Below the pieces are notes generated by a model, which ran no database searches, was not told where the DNA came from, and was given only the letters and a program-made list of their open reading frames with translations. 64,000 nucleotides of DNA from Salinispira sp. (lineage in GTDB: Bacteria; Spirochaetota; Spirochaetia; DSM-27196; Salinispiraceae): positions 640,001-704,000 of the forward strand of contig OZ271918.1 of assembly GCA_965602015.1 (NCBI GenBank), given 5' to 3'. Positions within the stretch are counted from its first letter, which is position 1. Each line of letters begins with the position of its first letter. The position numbers and the translations under genes are program-made. Shown in pieces: positions 49,210 to 59,801 of this stretch.

Positions 49210-49932
49210 TCAGAAATAGATCTCGGAGATAATGTTTGTGAAGGGAATTCCCGCTGAAATCAGGGACTGGCGAACATAAAGAATCATCTGCTCGCTGCCG
49301 CACAGGTAATACCATCGTTTCCGGGCCTCTGCGTTGTCCAACTCACCGGCGGCAATCCGTTCATCGAGCCAGGAGCTGAGCCGGCCGGGGTAGATCATAT
49401 TCTGCAGATTTTTACCGGCAGAACCGGCGCTCCCGCTTCTGCTGAGGCAGGGAACGTAGGAAAATTTCTCGTGAGGGGCACTAAACAGTTCGCTGTAGTA
49501 CAGGTCCTCCGGGGTGCGGGCGCCGTGAATGAGGGTCTTTTCCGCGCGTATTCCCGCACGGTACATGGAGATAAACGGTGCCACTCCGGTGCCGTTTGCT
49601 ATCCACCAGGCTTGCCCGCCCCGATCGGTAAACTCACCTCGCGGCTGGCTTGCCAACAGGGAATCCCCGGGGCCCAGGCCATCCAGCACGGGGGTGAGAA
49701 CGCCGCCGGGAACAGTGTTGTAGAGGACTTCCAGCCCCGGGTCCGTGGGGGCGCTGGCGATGCTGTAGAGCCGGGGTGGAGTGGATTCCCTGTCGCAGAG
49801 ACTCAGCATTTGCCCGGGGGTGAACCGGGGTCGCCAGTCGAGGGTGAGCACCCGGGCATTGGAACTCACCGGTCGTACCGAGGTTACCGTCACGCGCCGC
49901 AGCGAATTGCCGCCGGTTCCCGACCCGCCCAT
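49210..49932 (-). CDS. Ferredoxin/flavodoxin--NADP reductase family protein
   Basis: RLYSIAS, GTGVAPF, HGAR, YLCG and C-terminal EIYF. Confidence 0.85.
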   Translation of the reverse strand: MGGSGTGGNSLRRVTVTSVRPVSSNARVLTLDWRPRFTPGQMLSLCDRESTPPRLYSIASAPTDPGLEVLYNTVPGGVLTPVLDGLGPGDSLLASQPRGEFTDRGGQAWWIANGTGVAPFISMYRAGIRAEKTLIHGARTPEDLYYSELFSAPHEKFSYVPCLSRSGSAGSAGKNLQNMIYPGRLSSWLDERIAAGELDNAEARKRWYYLCGSEQMILYVRQSLISAGIPFTNIISEIYF

Positions 49933-50219
49933 CAGGAAGTCACCCGGAAACTTCCCGTCAGCGCCTTGTCGCCGTCCCGGGGCTCTCCCCGGTAGCGCAG
50001 TTCGAGAGCGTCAACCCGGGCATAGGCCGGACCCTCGCCCAGCCATTCGACGAACGCCGCGACTCCGGCTTCGTCCCCCAGCGCCCGGGTTTCCACGCTT
50101 CCGTCGGCATTATTCCTGACCCAGCCTGAGAGTCCCAGTCCCTGGGCCCGGCGCAGGGCCGAGTATCGAAACCCCACTCCCTGCACCCTGCCTCTCACGA
50201 TGCAGTGCAATGCGGTCAC
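49932..50219 (-). CDS. acyP: Acylphosphatase
   Basis: GRVQGVGFR, GWVRN.DGSVE and GP..ARV. Confidence 0.93.
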   Translation of the reverse strand: MTALHCIVRGRVQGVGFRYSALRRAQGLGLSGWVRNNADGSVETRALGDEAGVAAFVEWLGEGPAYARVDALELRYRGEPRDGDKALTGSFRVTS

Positions 50220-51980
50220 TTATGCTCCAGCCGCGCCGGCCCTGGACCGTTCATCGCTTTTTCCGGGAGTCTCGTGGGCGATGGCGGCGTTCATTGCCGC
50301 GATGCTCTCATCGCTGATGTCAATGTCCAGGCAGTTGCAGCGGTTCAGTGCGCTGAGTATGGCCATGAAATGGGCTGCCGATGTGTCGGTATCCCGGCCG
50401 ACGCCCCACATGCTGTGGCCGTCATGGCCCTCTACCCGGATATACGCCGCCGCCTCGGTGGCGCTTCCGGCGCCGATGGCCTGTTCTTCGTATTCGGCGA
50501 TGGTGAGCTGAACATCGAGCAGGCTGTTCACACCGTGCATAAACGCGTCGATAGGGCCGTTGCCCCGGCCGATGAGCTCATACTCGCTTCCGTCCACCAG
50601 AAGACTGCCCTTGAAGAGCACATGATGGGTGTGATGACTTCGGCTCATGCTGTAGTCCAAAAGTTCGATGTGGTCTGTGCGGTTCACGTATTCTCCGTCG
50701 AAAGCCGACTTGATTTCGTCGCTGTACAGTTCTCTCACGAGTTTGTCGCTAATCTCATTTATTGTGTTGCCCAGCTCGGGCTGAAGTCCCCGGGGAATTT
50801 TCAAACCGAATTCATTCTCAAGGACGTACGCCACCCCTCCCTTTCCGCTTTGACTATTTATCCTGATAATGGCTTCGTAGCTTCTGCCGATATCCTGGGG
50901 GTCGATGGGAAGGTAGGGGACGTCCCACAGGCTTTCGCTTCCTTTTTCGACCAGCGCCATTCCCTTGCTGATTGCATCCTGATGACTGCCGCTGAACGCG
51001 GTGAACACCAAATCTCCCCCGTAGGGGTGGCGTTCGTGAACTTTCATCCTGGTGGTTTCCTCGTAGATTTTGCGAATGCGGGGTATATCGTGAAGATCCA
51101 GCCCCGGGTCGACGCCCTGGCTGAGCATATTCAATGCCAGGGTGACCAGGTCCACATTGCCCGTGCGCTCGCCGTTTCCGAAGAGGGTGCCCTCCACCCG
51201 GTCCGCTCCGGCCATCAATCCCAGCTCGGTGGCGGCGACTCCGGTTCCCCGATCGTTGTGAGTGTGGAGCGAAACGATGATTTCATCGCGGCGCTTGAAA
51301 TTGCGGCACATCCACTCAATCTGGTCTGCGAAGATATTCGGCGTGCTTAATTCCACGGTGGCCGGCAAGTTGATAATCATTTTTCCCCGCTCAGCAGGAT
51401 TCCACAGATCGACCACCGCATCACACACCTCCAGGGCAAAATCCAGTTCGGTGCCCGTGAAACTTTCGGGGCTGTACTGGAAAATAACTTCGGTGCCGTC
51501 CAGTTCGGGCAAGAGATCGATTATATGCCTGGTGCCTTCAAGGGCGATGTCCTTGATTTCCTCCCGGCCCTTGCGGAAGGTGATGCGGCGCTGCTGTTCG
51601 CTGGTTGAATTGTACAGATGAATTACTGCGCGCTTTGCGCCTTTTAGGCTTTGAACCGTCCGCTCAATGAGGTGCTTGCGGCTTTGGGTGAGAACCTGCA
51701 GGGCAACTCCGTTGGGTACCATATCGTTTTCTATAAGGGTCCTGAGGAAATCGTACTCAATCTGGCTTGCACTGGGAAACCCGATTTCAATCTGGGTAAA
51801 GCCCATGCCCGTCAGAAGGGCGAACATCCGCTCCTTCTCTGTAATGCTCATCGGTTGGGCGAGGGCCTGATTTCCATCTCTCAGATCGACGCTGCACCAC
51901 AGGGGCGCCTTGTCGATGCTCGCCGAGGGCCAGCTCCGGTCGGATAAATCAACCTGGGGGTAGGGTCGGTACTTTGCCAT
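50220..51980 (-). CDS. leuA: 2-isopropylmalate synthase (yeast/actinobacterial type)
   Basis: VDLRDGNQAL, YSPESF, NLPATVE, HTHNDRG, GNGERTGN and INSQSGKGG; GGAGG RBS. Confidence 0.95.
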   Translation of the reverse strand: MAKYRPYPQVDLSDRSWPSASIDKAPLWCSVDLRDGNQALAQPMSITEKERMFALLTGMGFTQIEIGFPSASQIEYDFLRTLIENDMVPNGVALQVLTQSRKHLIERTVQSLKGAKRAVIHLYNSTSEQQRRITFRKGREEIKDIALEGTRHIIDLLPELDGTEVIFQYSPESFTGTELDFALEVCDAVVDLWNPAERGKMIINLPATVELSTPNIFADQIEWMCRNFKRRDEIIVSLHTHNDRGTGVAATELGLMAGADRVEGTLFGNGERTGNVDLVTLALNMLSQGVDPGLDLHDIPRIRKIYEETTRMKVHERHPYGGDLVFTAFSGSHQDAISKGMALVEKGSESLWDVPYLPIDPQDIGRSYEAIIRINSQSGKGGVAYVLENEFGLKIPRGLQPELGNTINEISDKLVRELYSDEIKSAFDGEYVNRTDHIELLDYSMSRSHHTHHVLFKGSLLVDGSEYELIGRGNGPIDAFMHGVNSLLDVQLTIAEYEEQAIGAGSATEAAAYIRVEGHDGHSMWGVGRDTDTSAAHFMAILSALNRCNCLDIDISDESIAAMNAAIAHETPGKSDERSRAGAAGA

Positions 51981-52030
51981 GTTTCCTCCTGTTCCGGCTG
52001 CCGGGCAGGCGGGGCCGGACGCAAAAAATC

Positions 52031-52063
52031 AAAAAAAACCCGCTGCAGGGGCCTGCAGCGGGT
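52031..52063 (-). terminator. Attenuator terminator in the leuA leader
   Basis: ACCCGCTGCAGG/CCTGCAGCGGGT stem followed by a U tract on the - strand, 50 nt upstream of leuA. Confidence 0.85.
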
Positions 52064-52089
52064 GCTAATACCACGTTACGTTTCCGGTG

Positions 52090-52191
52090 TTACGGCCGCC
52101 GGACACATACGCCCACTGCAGAGAATACTTCCTGAGATAGTAGGAGGCTGTCATGTGCAGTGAAACTTCGTCCGGCAACATACATATGCAT
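52090..52191 (-). CDS. leuA leader peptide (MH)MYVAGRSFTAHDSLLLSQEVFSAVGVCVRRP (not in the ORF track)
   Basis: Tandem Leu codons CTC-CTA-CTA; downstream CTGCAGTGGG can pair with the terminator 5' arm CCCGCTGCAG. Confidence 0.7.
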   Translation of the reverse strand: MHMYVAGRSFTAHDSLLLSQEVFSAVGVCVRRP

Positions 52192-52193
52192 AT

Positions 52194-52222
52194 ATAATGT
52201 ATATTTATTTGATACCTGTCAA
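52194..52222 (-). promoter_or_regulatory. Putative sigma70 promoter for the leuA leader
   Basis: TTGACA (52222-52217), 17-nt spacer, CATTAT (52199-52194). Confidence 0.55.
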
Positions 52223-52391
52223 GGGCTGATCACCGTTCTTCATGCTAAGGGCAGGCAACGCGATTTCGATCTGTTCGTATTGGTTCGAAGAGCTGCTAAT
52301 CTGCCCGGTATATTCCGCCTTGCAAAAATATTTTCCCTCGGCAATTCTTGATTAGGATGCTAATCTTTCCTATGTTTCTCTTGGAGTCATT

Positions 52392-52907
52392 ATGCTTAAT
52401 TTAGTGATAATCCGGCACGGTAAATCGAGTTGGCAGGACCGTGACTTGGAAGATTTTGAACGCCCTCTTAATGAACGGGGACGCTCCGATCTGATTACCA
52501 TGTCAAAGGTGCTTGAAGACCGCTTTCCCCCGCCGGAGAGAATACTGTGCAGCAGCGCCGTGCGGGCCCGACAGACCGCGGAGGGAATTGTCGCCCGATG
52601 GAAACAACCCGGCGGGGAGGTCCGCTTCATTGACGATCTTTATCTTGCCGAGAGCGAAGACATTTTGGTTATCCTCCGGGGACAGGGGTCGCGGGGAACC
52701 GTGTACATCTGCGGTCATAACCCGGGGATCAGCGAGTTTGCCTCCCGGATCTGCGGACGCGATTTGGGATACCTTCCCACCCTCGCGTCGGCGCATATCC
52801 GCATCGACGCGCCGGAAGATACAGACCATTATGAGTGGAGGCATATCGATTGGGGCGACGGAGCCCTTGTTGAGCTTGTCACTCCCAAATCGCTGGCATC
52901 TGATTAG
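52392..52907 (+). CDS. sixA: SixA-like histidine phosphatase
   Basis: RHGKSSW, RPLNERG, SSAVRARQT and GHNPG. Confidence 0.88.
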   Translation: MLNLVIIRHGKSSWQDRDLEDFERPLNERGRSDLITMSKVLEDRFPPPERILCSSAVRARQTAEGIVARWKQPGGEVRFIDDLYLAESEDILVILRGQGSRGTVYICGHNPGISEFASRICGRDLGYLPTLASAHIRIDAPEDTDHYEWRHIDWGDGALVELVTPKSLASD

Positions 52908-52938
52908 TTGAATTGCGTATGACTTCCCTGAGGAATGC

Positions 52939-53497
52939 CATGAATTACAATGCGTTTATCGCCCTGCTCGATGATTACCGCTCCCGTTTTCCCGGCCGGG
53001 CTGAATTAGTCGATGAAATGAGCGATTTGAGCTCTCATTGGCCCCAATGCTTCTCCAGAAAGCACTTCTCTCCCGGTCACTTTACCGGTTCGGCATGGGT
53101 GACTGACCCGCAGCGACGAATGGTCCTTTTGACGCATCACCGCCGGCTGGACCGTTGGCTCCAACTCGGCGGCCACGGTGAAAATGAAACCGACATCAGG
53201 CACATTGCCCTTCGGGAAGCCCTTGAAGAATCCGGGCTTGACCGGTCCGCCGTGAGCCTTGCGGATGAGGGCATCTTCGACATCGACATCCACAATATTC
53301 CCCCGGGGAAGGGGGAGCCGGCGCATAAGCATTTTGATATCCGTTTTCGCTTCTTCGCCGACAGCAGCCTGGCCACCTCGGTGAGCGAAGAATCCCACGA
53401 CCTGGCCTGGGTAGCTCTCGATTCTCTGGAGAGTTACAGCAAGGAACAGAGCATGCTTCGGATGAGGGATTTGAGCCTCAACGGGGTTCTGCGGTGA
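52939..53497 (+). CDS. NUDIX hydrolase
   Basis: GHFTGSAW and Nudix box GGHGE...ALREALEESG; start uncertain (52913-52939). Confidence 0.88.
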
Positions 53498-54654
53498 TTT
53501 TCCGTCTGCTTCCTCATATTGAAGATATCGAAGCTTCGCAATGGCAGTCCCTTGTGGGGGCTCAGCACAGTCCCTTCCTTGAGCATCATTGGCTTGCGAG
53601 TTTCGAGACATCGGGCTCCATGAGCCCCGATTCGGGCTGGCAGCCCCTGCATCTGCTGGGATTCAAATCTGACCATGATGCCGACCGAACTATCAATCCG
53701 GTTTTTGCCCTGCCCCTGTACCTCAAAAACCATAGCTGGGGCGAGTTTGTGTTTGATTTTGCCTGGGCTGACGTGGCCTCCCAATTAGGTCAGGAGTACT
53801 ACCCCAAGGCAGTCGGGGTCATTCCCGCAACCCCGGTTACCGCCTACCAGGCGCTCGATTCATCGGGTGACCCCGGCAGTTTGGCACAAGCCGTCGAATA
53901 CCTCGAGAAACGTCTTCCCGAAATGGGAGTAAAAAGCCTTTCGTTTTTATTCGCCGAGGATGATTTCGCCGACCGTCTGGAGTCTTTGGGCTTCAGCCGC
54001 TGGATTCACCAGGGCTTTGTCTGGACCCGGGACGGCATGAATGATTTTCAGGATTACCTGGACAGCTTCCGAAAAAATCAGCGGAAAAACATCCGGAAGG
54101 AGAGACAGAGCATAACCGAGCAGGAGCTGACCGTGCGCATCATCGGCGGCGATGAGCTCTGCGCTGAAGATGCCGATGACATGTTTGAGCTATACGAAAA
54201 AACCAACGACCAGTTCGGACCCTGGGCGGCGAAATTCCTCAACCGCGATTTTTTCCGCGAGAGCTTCAAACGCTGCGCCCACCAGATCCTGCTCGTTTCG
54301 GCTTTTGACTCCCGGGGCCTGAGCGTGGGCTGCTCAATGCTGGTGCACAAGGGCAGCAAGCTGTACGGCCGGTACTGGGGCAGCCGGGATTTTTTCAAGG
54401 ATCTCCATTTCAATCTCTGCTATTACGAACCCATCGACTATGCCATACGGCAGGGAATCGACTGGTTCGATCCGGGGATGGGCGGAGAGCACAAGCTGCG
54501 GCGGGGGTTTCACGGCGTCAGGCAGCATAGCATGCACCGCTTCTTCGATCCGGTAATGGACAGGATATTCTCCGCAAATATCGGACAGTTCAATCGGCAC
54601 GCCATAACCACCATCGACGCTATCAATGATTCCCTGCCCCAAAAGCCCCGATAA
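53494..54654 (+). CDS. FemAB-like GNAT family protein (DUF482)
   Basis: HSWGEFVFD, YYPK, LYGRYWG, LHFNLCYY and GEHKLRRGF. Confidence 0.88.
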   Translation: MIFRLLPHIEDIEASQWQSLVGAQHSPFLEHHWLASFETSGSMSPDSGWQPLHLLGFKSDHDADRTINPVFALPLYLKNHSWGEFVFDFAWADVASQLGQEYYPKAVGVIPATPVTAYQALDSSGDPGSLAQAVEYLEKRLPEMGVKSLSFLFAEDDFADRLESLGFSRWIHQGFVWTRDGMNDFQDYLDSFRKNQRKNIRKERQSITEQELTVRIIGGDELCAEDADDMFELYEKTNDQFGPWAAKFLNRDFFRESFKRCAHQILLVSAFDSRGLSVGCSMLVHKGSKLYGRYWGSRDFFKDLHFNLCYYEPIDYAIRQGIDWFDPGMGGEHKLRRGFHGVRQHSMHRFFDPVMDRIFSANIGQFNRHAITTIDAINDSLPQKPR

Positions 54655-54695
54655 TGCTACAATCTCTGCCATGACAAAATCAGCCGGAGAGCCCC

Positions 54696-55706
54696 ATGCC
54701 GGATAAGGGAAACAGTCTCAGCCGGCGGGTGGCAATCAGTATTTTTCTCCTCGTTCCCGTGTTGCTTTTTATGCTGTACGCCATCGTCAGACTTCTGCTT
54801 TTGGCTGGGGATGCCCGCCTGGGTCCTCCCCAGCTGGGGATCGACGGCGGCCTCAGGCGGGATGCACATATTTCGGTAATGTTTCCCGGCAATCAGCGGG
54901 ATTTTTATTCCCAGATTCGAAGCGGACTGCAGGATTATCTGGAGTCTCAGGGACAGCAAAGCCTTGGGCTGCAGTATCTCGAGCCCTTTCCCTTTATGAG
55001 CGCGGAGGAGTCCCTTTTCCGGCACAGCGAGATCGCTGCTCTGGCTCAGGTCGACGGGGTAGTTATTGCCCCGGTGCAGTCCCGGCGAATCTCCAGCCTT
55101 CTTGCAAGGAGCAGGCTGGAGGGCATTCCCGTGGTGGCACTGAACAGTAATCTCGAAGCGGGTTCCGTCGATACGGTAATCGGCGTGGACAGCTTCTCCC
55201 TGGGGGTGCGGATCGGGGAGATCCTCAGCGGCAGCGAACTCAGTTCCGGCGTGTATATCCAGGGCGCTAACACCCTCATCCCTCAAAGCGCAGAGTTCAT
55301 CAGCGGATTTCGTGCCGCGTTGTTTCCGTTGAATCGCCGGCTTCCCCTGGAAATTTCCGGGGAAGGGGACGATGGTCTTGGCCTTCGCAGCACTGTGGAA
55401 TCGGTGCTTTCCCGGGTACCTGAAATCGACCTGGTGATAGCCGACAGTCCGGATCTGACACTGATTCTCGCTCAGGCGGTGGTTGAGAGCAATCTGGTTG
55501 GACGGCTCACCATTGTCGGCGTGAGAGGAGCTGCGGAGATTGACGAATACTTCGAGTCCGAAGTTATCAGCTACCTGATCAGCGTGAATCCCGAAGAAAT
55601 CGCCATTAAAACCATTGAGGCTCTTGCGGGACTGCTTGCCGGCGAAACCGTGGCCGGTGAGGTTCCGGTATCCGTAAGGATAGAGGAGGCCGGCGGCGGT
55701 GAATAG
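54696..55706 (+). CDS. Membrane-anchored periplasmic sugar-binding-like protein (sensor accessory)
   Basis: N-terminal TM; VDGVVIAP, GIPVVALNS and IGVDSF resemble type I sugar-binding proteins; overlaps the kinase gene. Confidence 0.75.
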   Translation: MPDKGNSLSRRVAISIFLLVPVLLFMLYAIVRLLLLAGDARLGPPQLGIDGGLRRDAHISVMFPGNQRDFYSQIRSGLQDYLESQGQQSLGLQYLEPFPFMSAEESLFRHSEIAALAQVDGVVIAPVQSRRISSLLARSRLEGIPVVALNSNLEAGSVDTVIGVDSFSLGVRIGEILSGSELSSGVYIQGANTLIPQSAEFISGFRAALFPLNRRLPLEISGEGDDGLGLRSTVESVLSRVPEIDLVIADSPDLTLILAQAVVESNLVGRLTIVGVRGAAEIDEYFESEVISYLISVNPEEIAIKTIEALAGLLAGETVAGEVPVSVRIEEAGGGE

Positions 55707-57189
55707 GCGAATGAGCTCCATCCGGTCCCGGATCAGTCTGGTATTTCTGTTAAGCCTTCTTCCTCTTGCCCTGGCAGCCCTCCTGGTATTTATCTATTCG
55801 AGCAGCCTGCTCCGGTCCGCCCAGGCGCTATTTGACCAGAACCTGTATCTCGAGGAGTTGAACCGGGCCCTGGTTGACCTGGACCGGGAGACCCAGAATT
55901 ATCTGGATACCCGGGATGATCAGGCCCTGCGAAGTTTTTTCCTCTTCGACGCCCAGCTGGCGTCGATCATTGAAGACCTTCCTCAGGATCCTTCGGCGGA
56001 CAGCAACGGCCTCAATCTCCGGCTTCTTCGCCGACTCTTCGAACGCTACCGCCGCGAGGTAGGCCAGGCGGTTAACGCCCGGAGGGGAAGGCTGACTGAG
56101 CGCTACAGCGAACTGTATGCCAACAGCCGCAGAATTATCGACTACATCAATCTGCTCGTCTTAAGCGTCAACTGGCTGGATTTTCAGGAGAGCCTCCAGA
56201 GCTATCTGTCGTTTTCCCGTTGGTATAACGAGATCCAGTTCTGGGCCCTGCTCCTGTTGAGCGCCACGGCCCTGCTGTCCCTCCTGCTCATCAATCTGTT
56301 TTCAATTCAGTTGAGCCTGCCGCTCATCAGACTGAGCGCCGCCGCCAGGGATTTCGGAGAAGGGAAGTTCGACTCGGGCGATGTGGAGACCAGGGGCGCT
56401 AGCCGGGAAGTCCGCCAACTGGCCGGTACCTTTAACACCATGCGGGAGCGAATTCGGCTGTATATCGAGGAAATGAAAGACAAGGCCAGGATGAAGCAGG
56501 ATCTGATGGAGCAGAACATCCAGAATCTGCATATGAAGCACGTCCTGAAGAGCGCAGAACTCATTGCGCTGCAGAATCAGATAAATCCTCATTTTCTATT
56601 TAACAGCATCAATACCGGGCTGCAGCTCTCGGTGGTTGAGGATTCTCCCCGGACAGCCGACTATCTTGCCCATCTGGCGGAGCTTTACCGCTATAATCTG
56701 CGGAAATCGGACACCCCTGTGACCCTGGACGAGGAGATCGCTTCGCTGGAAAGCTACATCTATATCTTGCGTATTCGATTTGGCGACCGTATCGCTTTTG
56801 CTATTGATGTTGATCCCGCATGCAGGAATTACCTCCTCCCTCCGGTAATCCTCCAGCCCCTTGTAGAAAATGCGGTGAATCACGGACTCAATGCGGTGAC
56901 CGAGGGAGGGGCGGTTGAAATAACCTCGCGAAGGAGAGACAACAGGTTTTTTATCGAAGTTTGCGACAACGGTTGCGGCATGACCGCCGAGAAAATTACC
57001 GAGGCGTATAAGGCCATCAGCGATGAGGACCCCCTGGATATGGTGATGAATGAAAGCCAGGGTATCGGCCTGACCAATGTCCTCCAGAGAATACGCCTCT
57101 TTTTTGGAAACCGTGCTACCATACTGGTGGAAAATCGGGAGACCGGGGGTACCAGGATTGCCTTCGATCTCCCTCCCAAGGAGCATTAG
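55699..57189 (+). CDS. YesM/LytS-type sensor histidine kinase
   Basis: Two TM segments, HAMP, LQNQINPHFLFN, LQPLVENA, DNGCGM and GIGL. Confidence 0.92.
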   Translation: MNRRMSSIRSRISLVFLLSLLPLALAALLVFIYSSSLLRSAQALFDQNLYLEELNRALVDLDRETQNYLDTRDDQALRSFFLFDAQLASIIEDLPQDPSADSNGLNLRLLRRLFERYRREVGQAVNARRGRLTERYSELYANSRRIIDYINLLVLSVNWLDFQESLQSYLSFSRWYNEIQFWALLLLSATALLSLLLINLFSIQLSLPLIRLSAAARDFGEGKFDSGDVETRGASREVRQLAGTFNTMRERIRLYIEEMKDKARMKQDLMEQNIQNLHMKHVLKSAELIALQNQINPHFLFNSINTGLQLSVVEDSPRTADYLAHLAELYRYNLRKSDTPVTLDEEIASLESYIYILRIRFGDRIAFAIDVDPACRNYLLPPVILQPLVENAVNHGLNAVTEGGAVEITSRRRDNRFFIEVCDNGCGMTAEKITEAYKAISDEDPLDMVMNESQGIGLTNVLQRIRLFFGNRATILVENRETGGTRIAFDLPPKEH

Positions 57190-58755
57190 TTGAGCGAGAA
57201 TATCCGGATTTTTGTCGTTGACGATGAACAACCGGTCCTCGAAGGGGTGCGGGCGGTGGTAAAAAACCAGGCTGAGGGCTTCACCGTTGCCGGCACCGCC
57301 CTAAACGGCCGTCACGCCCTGGAGGAAATACGCAGTCTCCAACCCGATGTTATTCTCATGGATATCAATATGCCCGGGCTCAGCGGCATCGAAGTAGTAC
57401 GGGAGCTCAGGTCTCAGGGAATTCGCACAGTATGCATACTCGTAACGGCTTATGAGCGCTTCGATATTGCCCGCGAGGCCTTCGGTCTCGGTATTTTCGC
57501 CTATCTGCTCAAGCCGGTAACCCCGGCAAACCTTCTGGAGGTGCTTGAGGATGCCCGTCGTGAAGTCGAGCAAAACCGCTCCCGGGACGCGGGGTATCTG
57601 GAAACCCGCAGCAGCCTGGAAAGCCTCATGGCGCGGAGCGAACGCTATTTTTTCAGCCTCCTTCTCTCCGGCGGCATGGATGAGGATGAAATTCTCGCCG
57701 GTGCCGGGGAAATGGGTATTTCTCTGGACGATAGCTGCACTCTGGTCCTCCTGTCGCACGGGGGAGATAAGGCCGGGGCCTTCGACGATTTCCTCAGACA
57801 GCTTGGATACAGCTACGGGTTCAAACGCAGTCTCGAACGCAATAACCGGGTCTTTCTTGTAATACCCGGCGATCCGGGTTCACAGAGACTGGCAGCGGTC
57901 ATGAAGCGGATTGTCGAGAAGAACCCCGAGCGCTATGTTTCACTGAACCTCCATCACGCCATGCACACAATCGAAAGCACGAAGTCCCTGGCTTCCGCCG
58001 CCCGGGCATTGATAAACCGGATTCCCGCCAGACTGTCATCCGGCCGCCCCAGCCTGAATGAAGCTGAGGCTGACCCATCGGCTCAAGCCGCGGACCCTGG
58101 CGCACATAAAAGCGGGAGAGGCGCAGCATCTCCCGGTCTTGAGCAGACTAATAATGTGGAAAATTTGCTCCTGGCGGGAGAAGCCGGGAAGGCCTTTACT
58201 GCCCTCCGGCTCGCCGAGCCGGGAATTTTCCGCCGGGCTCCGGATTTGTATGACCGGGCCCTGCGCATGCTCAGCCTGCTGTACGCCCGGGAGGACGATG
58301 AAGGGATTGAACGTTGGCTGGCGGGGGTCAGTCTCCCCAATCCTGAGGACACACACGCCGTTGAAGCCTGGCTGAGGGATGAGCTGGAAGCCCTTGCGGA
58401 TCATTATCAGCGAAAGCTGGAGACCAACCCATTAATCCGGCAAGCCCTGTTATATGTTGAGGGAAACTATTCCCGAAGCATTGGTTTGGAAGATGCCGCG
58501 GATAGCTGCGGTGTCAGTCCCCAGCATCTGAGCAAGACGTTCTCCCGGGTAATGGGAATATCGTTCATCGATCATCTCACGCAGGTGAGGATTCAGCATG
58601 CTATAGAACTGTTTCGAAGAGGAAACAGGAGCATCCGCCAGGTCGCCGAGGCCTGCGGATATGCCGACGCAAACTATTTCAGCAGAACCTTTCGGAAAGT
58701 CCACGGATCCAGCCCCACCTCGTTTCTTCAGGGCCTGGAGAAGGAGTCTTCATGA
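57190..58755 (+). CDS. YesN-type response regulator (REC + AraC HTH)
   Basis: VVDDE, MDINMPGLSG, YLLKP; C-terminal CGYADANYFSRTFRK. Confidence 0.92.
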   Translation: MSENIRIFVVDDEQPVLEGVRAVVKNQAEGFTVAGTALNGRHALEEIRSLQPDVILMDINMPGLSGIEVVRELRSQGIRTVCILVTAYERFDIAREAFGLGIFAYLLKPVTPANLLEVLEDARREVEQNRSRDAGYLETRSSLESLMARSERYFFSLLLSGGMDEDEILAGAGEMGISLDDSCTLVLLSHGGDKAGAFDDFLRQLGYSYGFKRSLERNNRVFLVIPGDPGSQRLAAVMKRIVEKNPERYVSLNLHHAMHTIESTKSLASAARALINRIPARLSSGRPSLNEAEADPSAQAADPGAHKSGRGAASPGLEQTNNVENLLLAGEAGKAFTALRLAEPGIFRRAPDLYDRALRMLSLLYAREDDEGIERWLAGVSLPNPEDTHAVEAWLRDELEALADHYQRKLETNPLIRQALLYVEGNYSRSIGLEDAADSCGVSPQHLSKTFSRVMGISFIDHLTQVRIQHAIELFRRGNRSIRQVAEACGYADANYFSRTFRKVHGSSPTSFLQGLEKESS

Positions 58756-59801
58756 GGTCAATCCAGCCAAAAACGCTTCTCGCTGCCGCCCTGGTTGCCC
58801 TTACGCTGCTGAGCGCATGCGGGTCCGAAGCCGAATCCACCGGCAATACCGGAATGAGCCGCTCAGTGGTTATTGGATTTTCCCTCGATTCCCTGGTGGT
58901 GGAGCGTTGGCAGCGCGACGAGAGGGAGTTCGTGTTAAAAGCCCGGAGTCTCGGGGCCGAAGTCGAATACCGGAATGCCCTGGCCGATCCGGCCCGACAG
59001 CTTGAAGATATTCAGGAACTCATCGACATGGAAGTCGATGCCCTGGTTATCGTGCCCAATGACGCCCAGGCCCTTCGTCCCGCTATTGACCGGGCAGTCA
59101 ATCTGGGAATTCCGGTGGTGAGTTACGACAGACTCATTCTCAATGCGGAAATTGACGCATATGTGAGTTTCGACAATGTTGAGGTCGGACGACTCATGGC
59201 CGAGGGCATGGTAAAGTTCAACTCGGGCAGCGGACGCTTCCTGCTCATCAACGGCGGAGCCGTCGACAATAATTCCCGCTTACTCAAACGGGGAATAATG
59301 GAAGTTCTGCAGCCCTACATTGACAGGGGAAGCGTCGAAATTGCCGGAGAGATTAACCCGAGGGACTGGTATACCTCGTATATCGAGGACGAGCTCGAGG
59401 CATTTATCAAAGAGGGCAATCTGGACGGAATAATCGCCGCCAACGACCTGTTCGCCGACAGCGCCATAGAGATCCTCGCACGTAACCGGATGGCGGGAGA
59501 GGTCATTGTGGTGGGGCAGGACGCGGACCTCATCGCGGTGCAGAGACTGGTTGAAGGCATACAACACCGGACCATTTACAAGCCCATCGATCAGCTTGCA
59601 AAGGCTGCGGCGGAAACCGCATATCATCTGGCCATTGGGGAGAACATCCGCTCAAACCGGCTGGTGAACAACGGCCGGACTGAGGTTCCGAGCATTATAA
59701 TACAGCCGATTGCCGTTGAGGCGGACAACATAGACCAGACGGTAATCGCCGACGGCTTTCATACCCGGGAAGAGGTGTACCGCAGCGAAGGTAATAATTA
59801 G
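58752..59801 (+). CDS. XylF-like sugar-binding lipoprotein
   Basis: LSAC lipobox; ERWQRD, VSYDRLI, SFDNVEVG, DNN and GQDAD. Confidence 0.88.
   Translation: MRSIQPKTLLAAALVALTLLSACGSEAESTGNTGMSRSVVIGFSLDSLVVERWQRDEREFVLKARSLGAEVEYRNALADPARQLEDIQELIDMEVDALVIVPNDAQALRPAIDRAVNLGIPVVSYDRLILNAEIDAYVSFDNVEVGRLMAEGMVKFNSGSGRFLLINGGAVDNNSRLLKRGIMEVLQPYIDRGSVEIAGEINPRDWYTSYIEDELEAFIKEGNLDGIIAANDLFADSAIEILARNRMAGEVIVVGQDADLIAVQRLVEGIQHRTIYKPIDQLAKAAAETAYHLAIGENIRSNRLVNNGRTEVPSIIIQPIAVEADNIDQTVIADGFHTREEVYRSEGNN

Noticed and set aside
50205..51350. 381-aa + strand ORF
   Set aside because: Antisense shadow of leuA.
54657..55721. 354-aa - strand ORF
   Set aside because: Antisense to the binding-protein gene that is coupled to the kinase operon.
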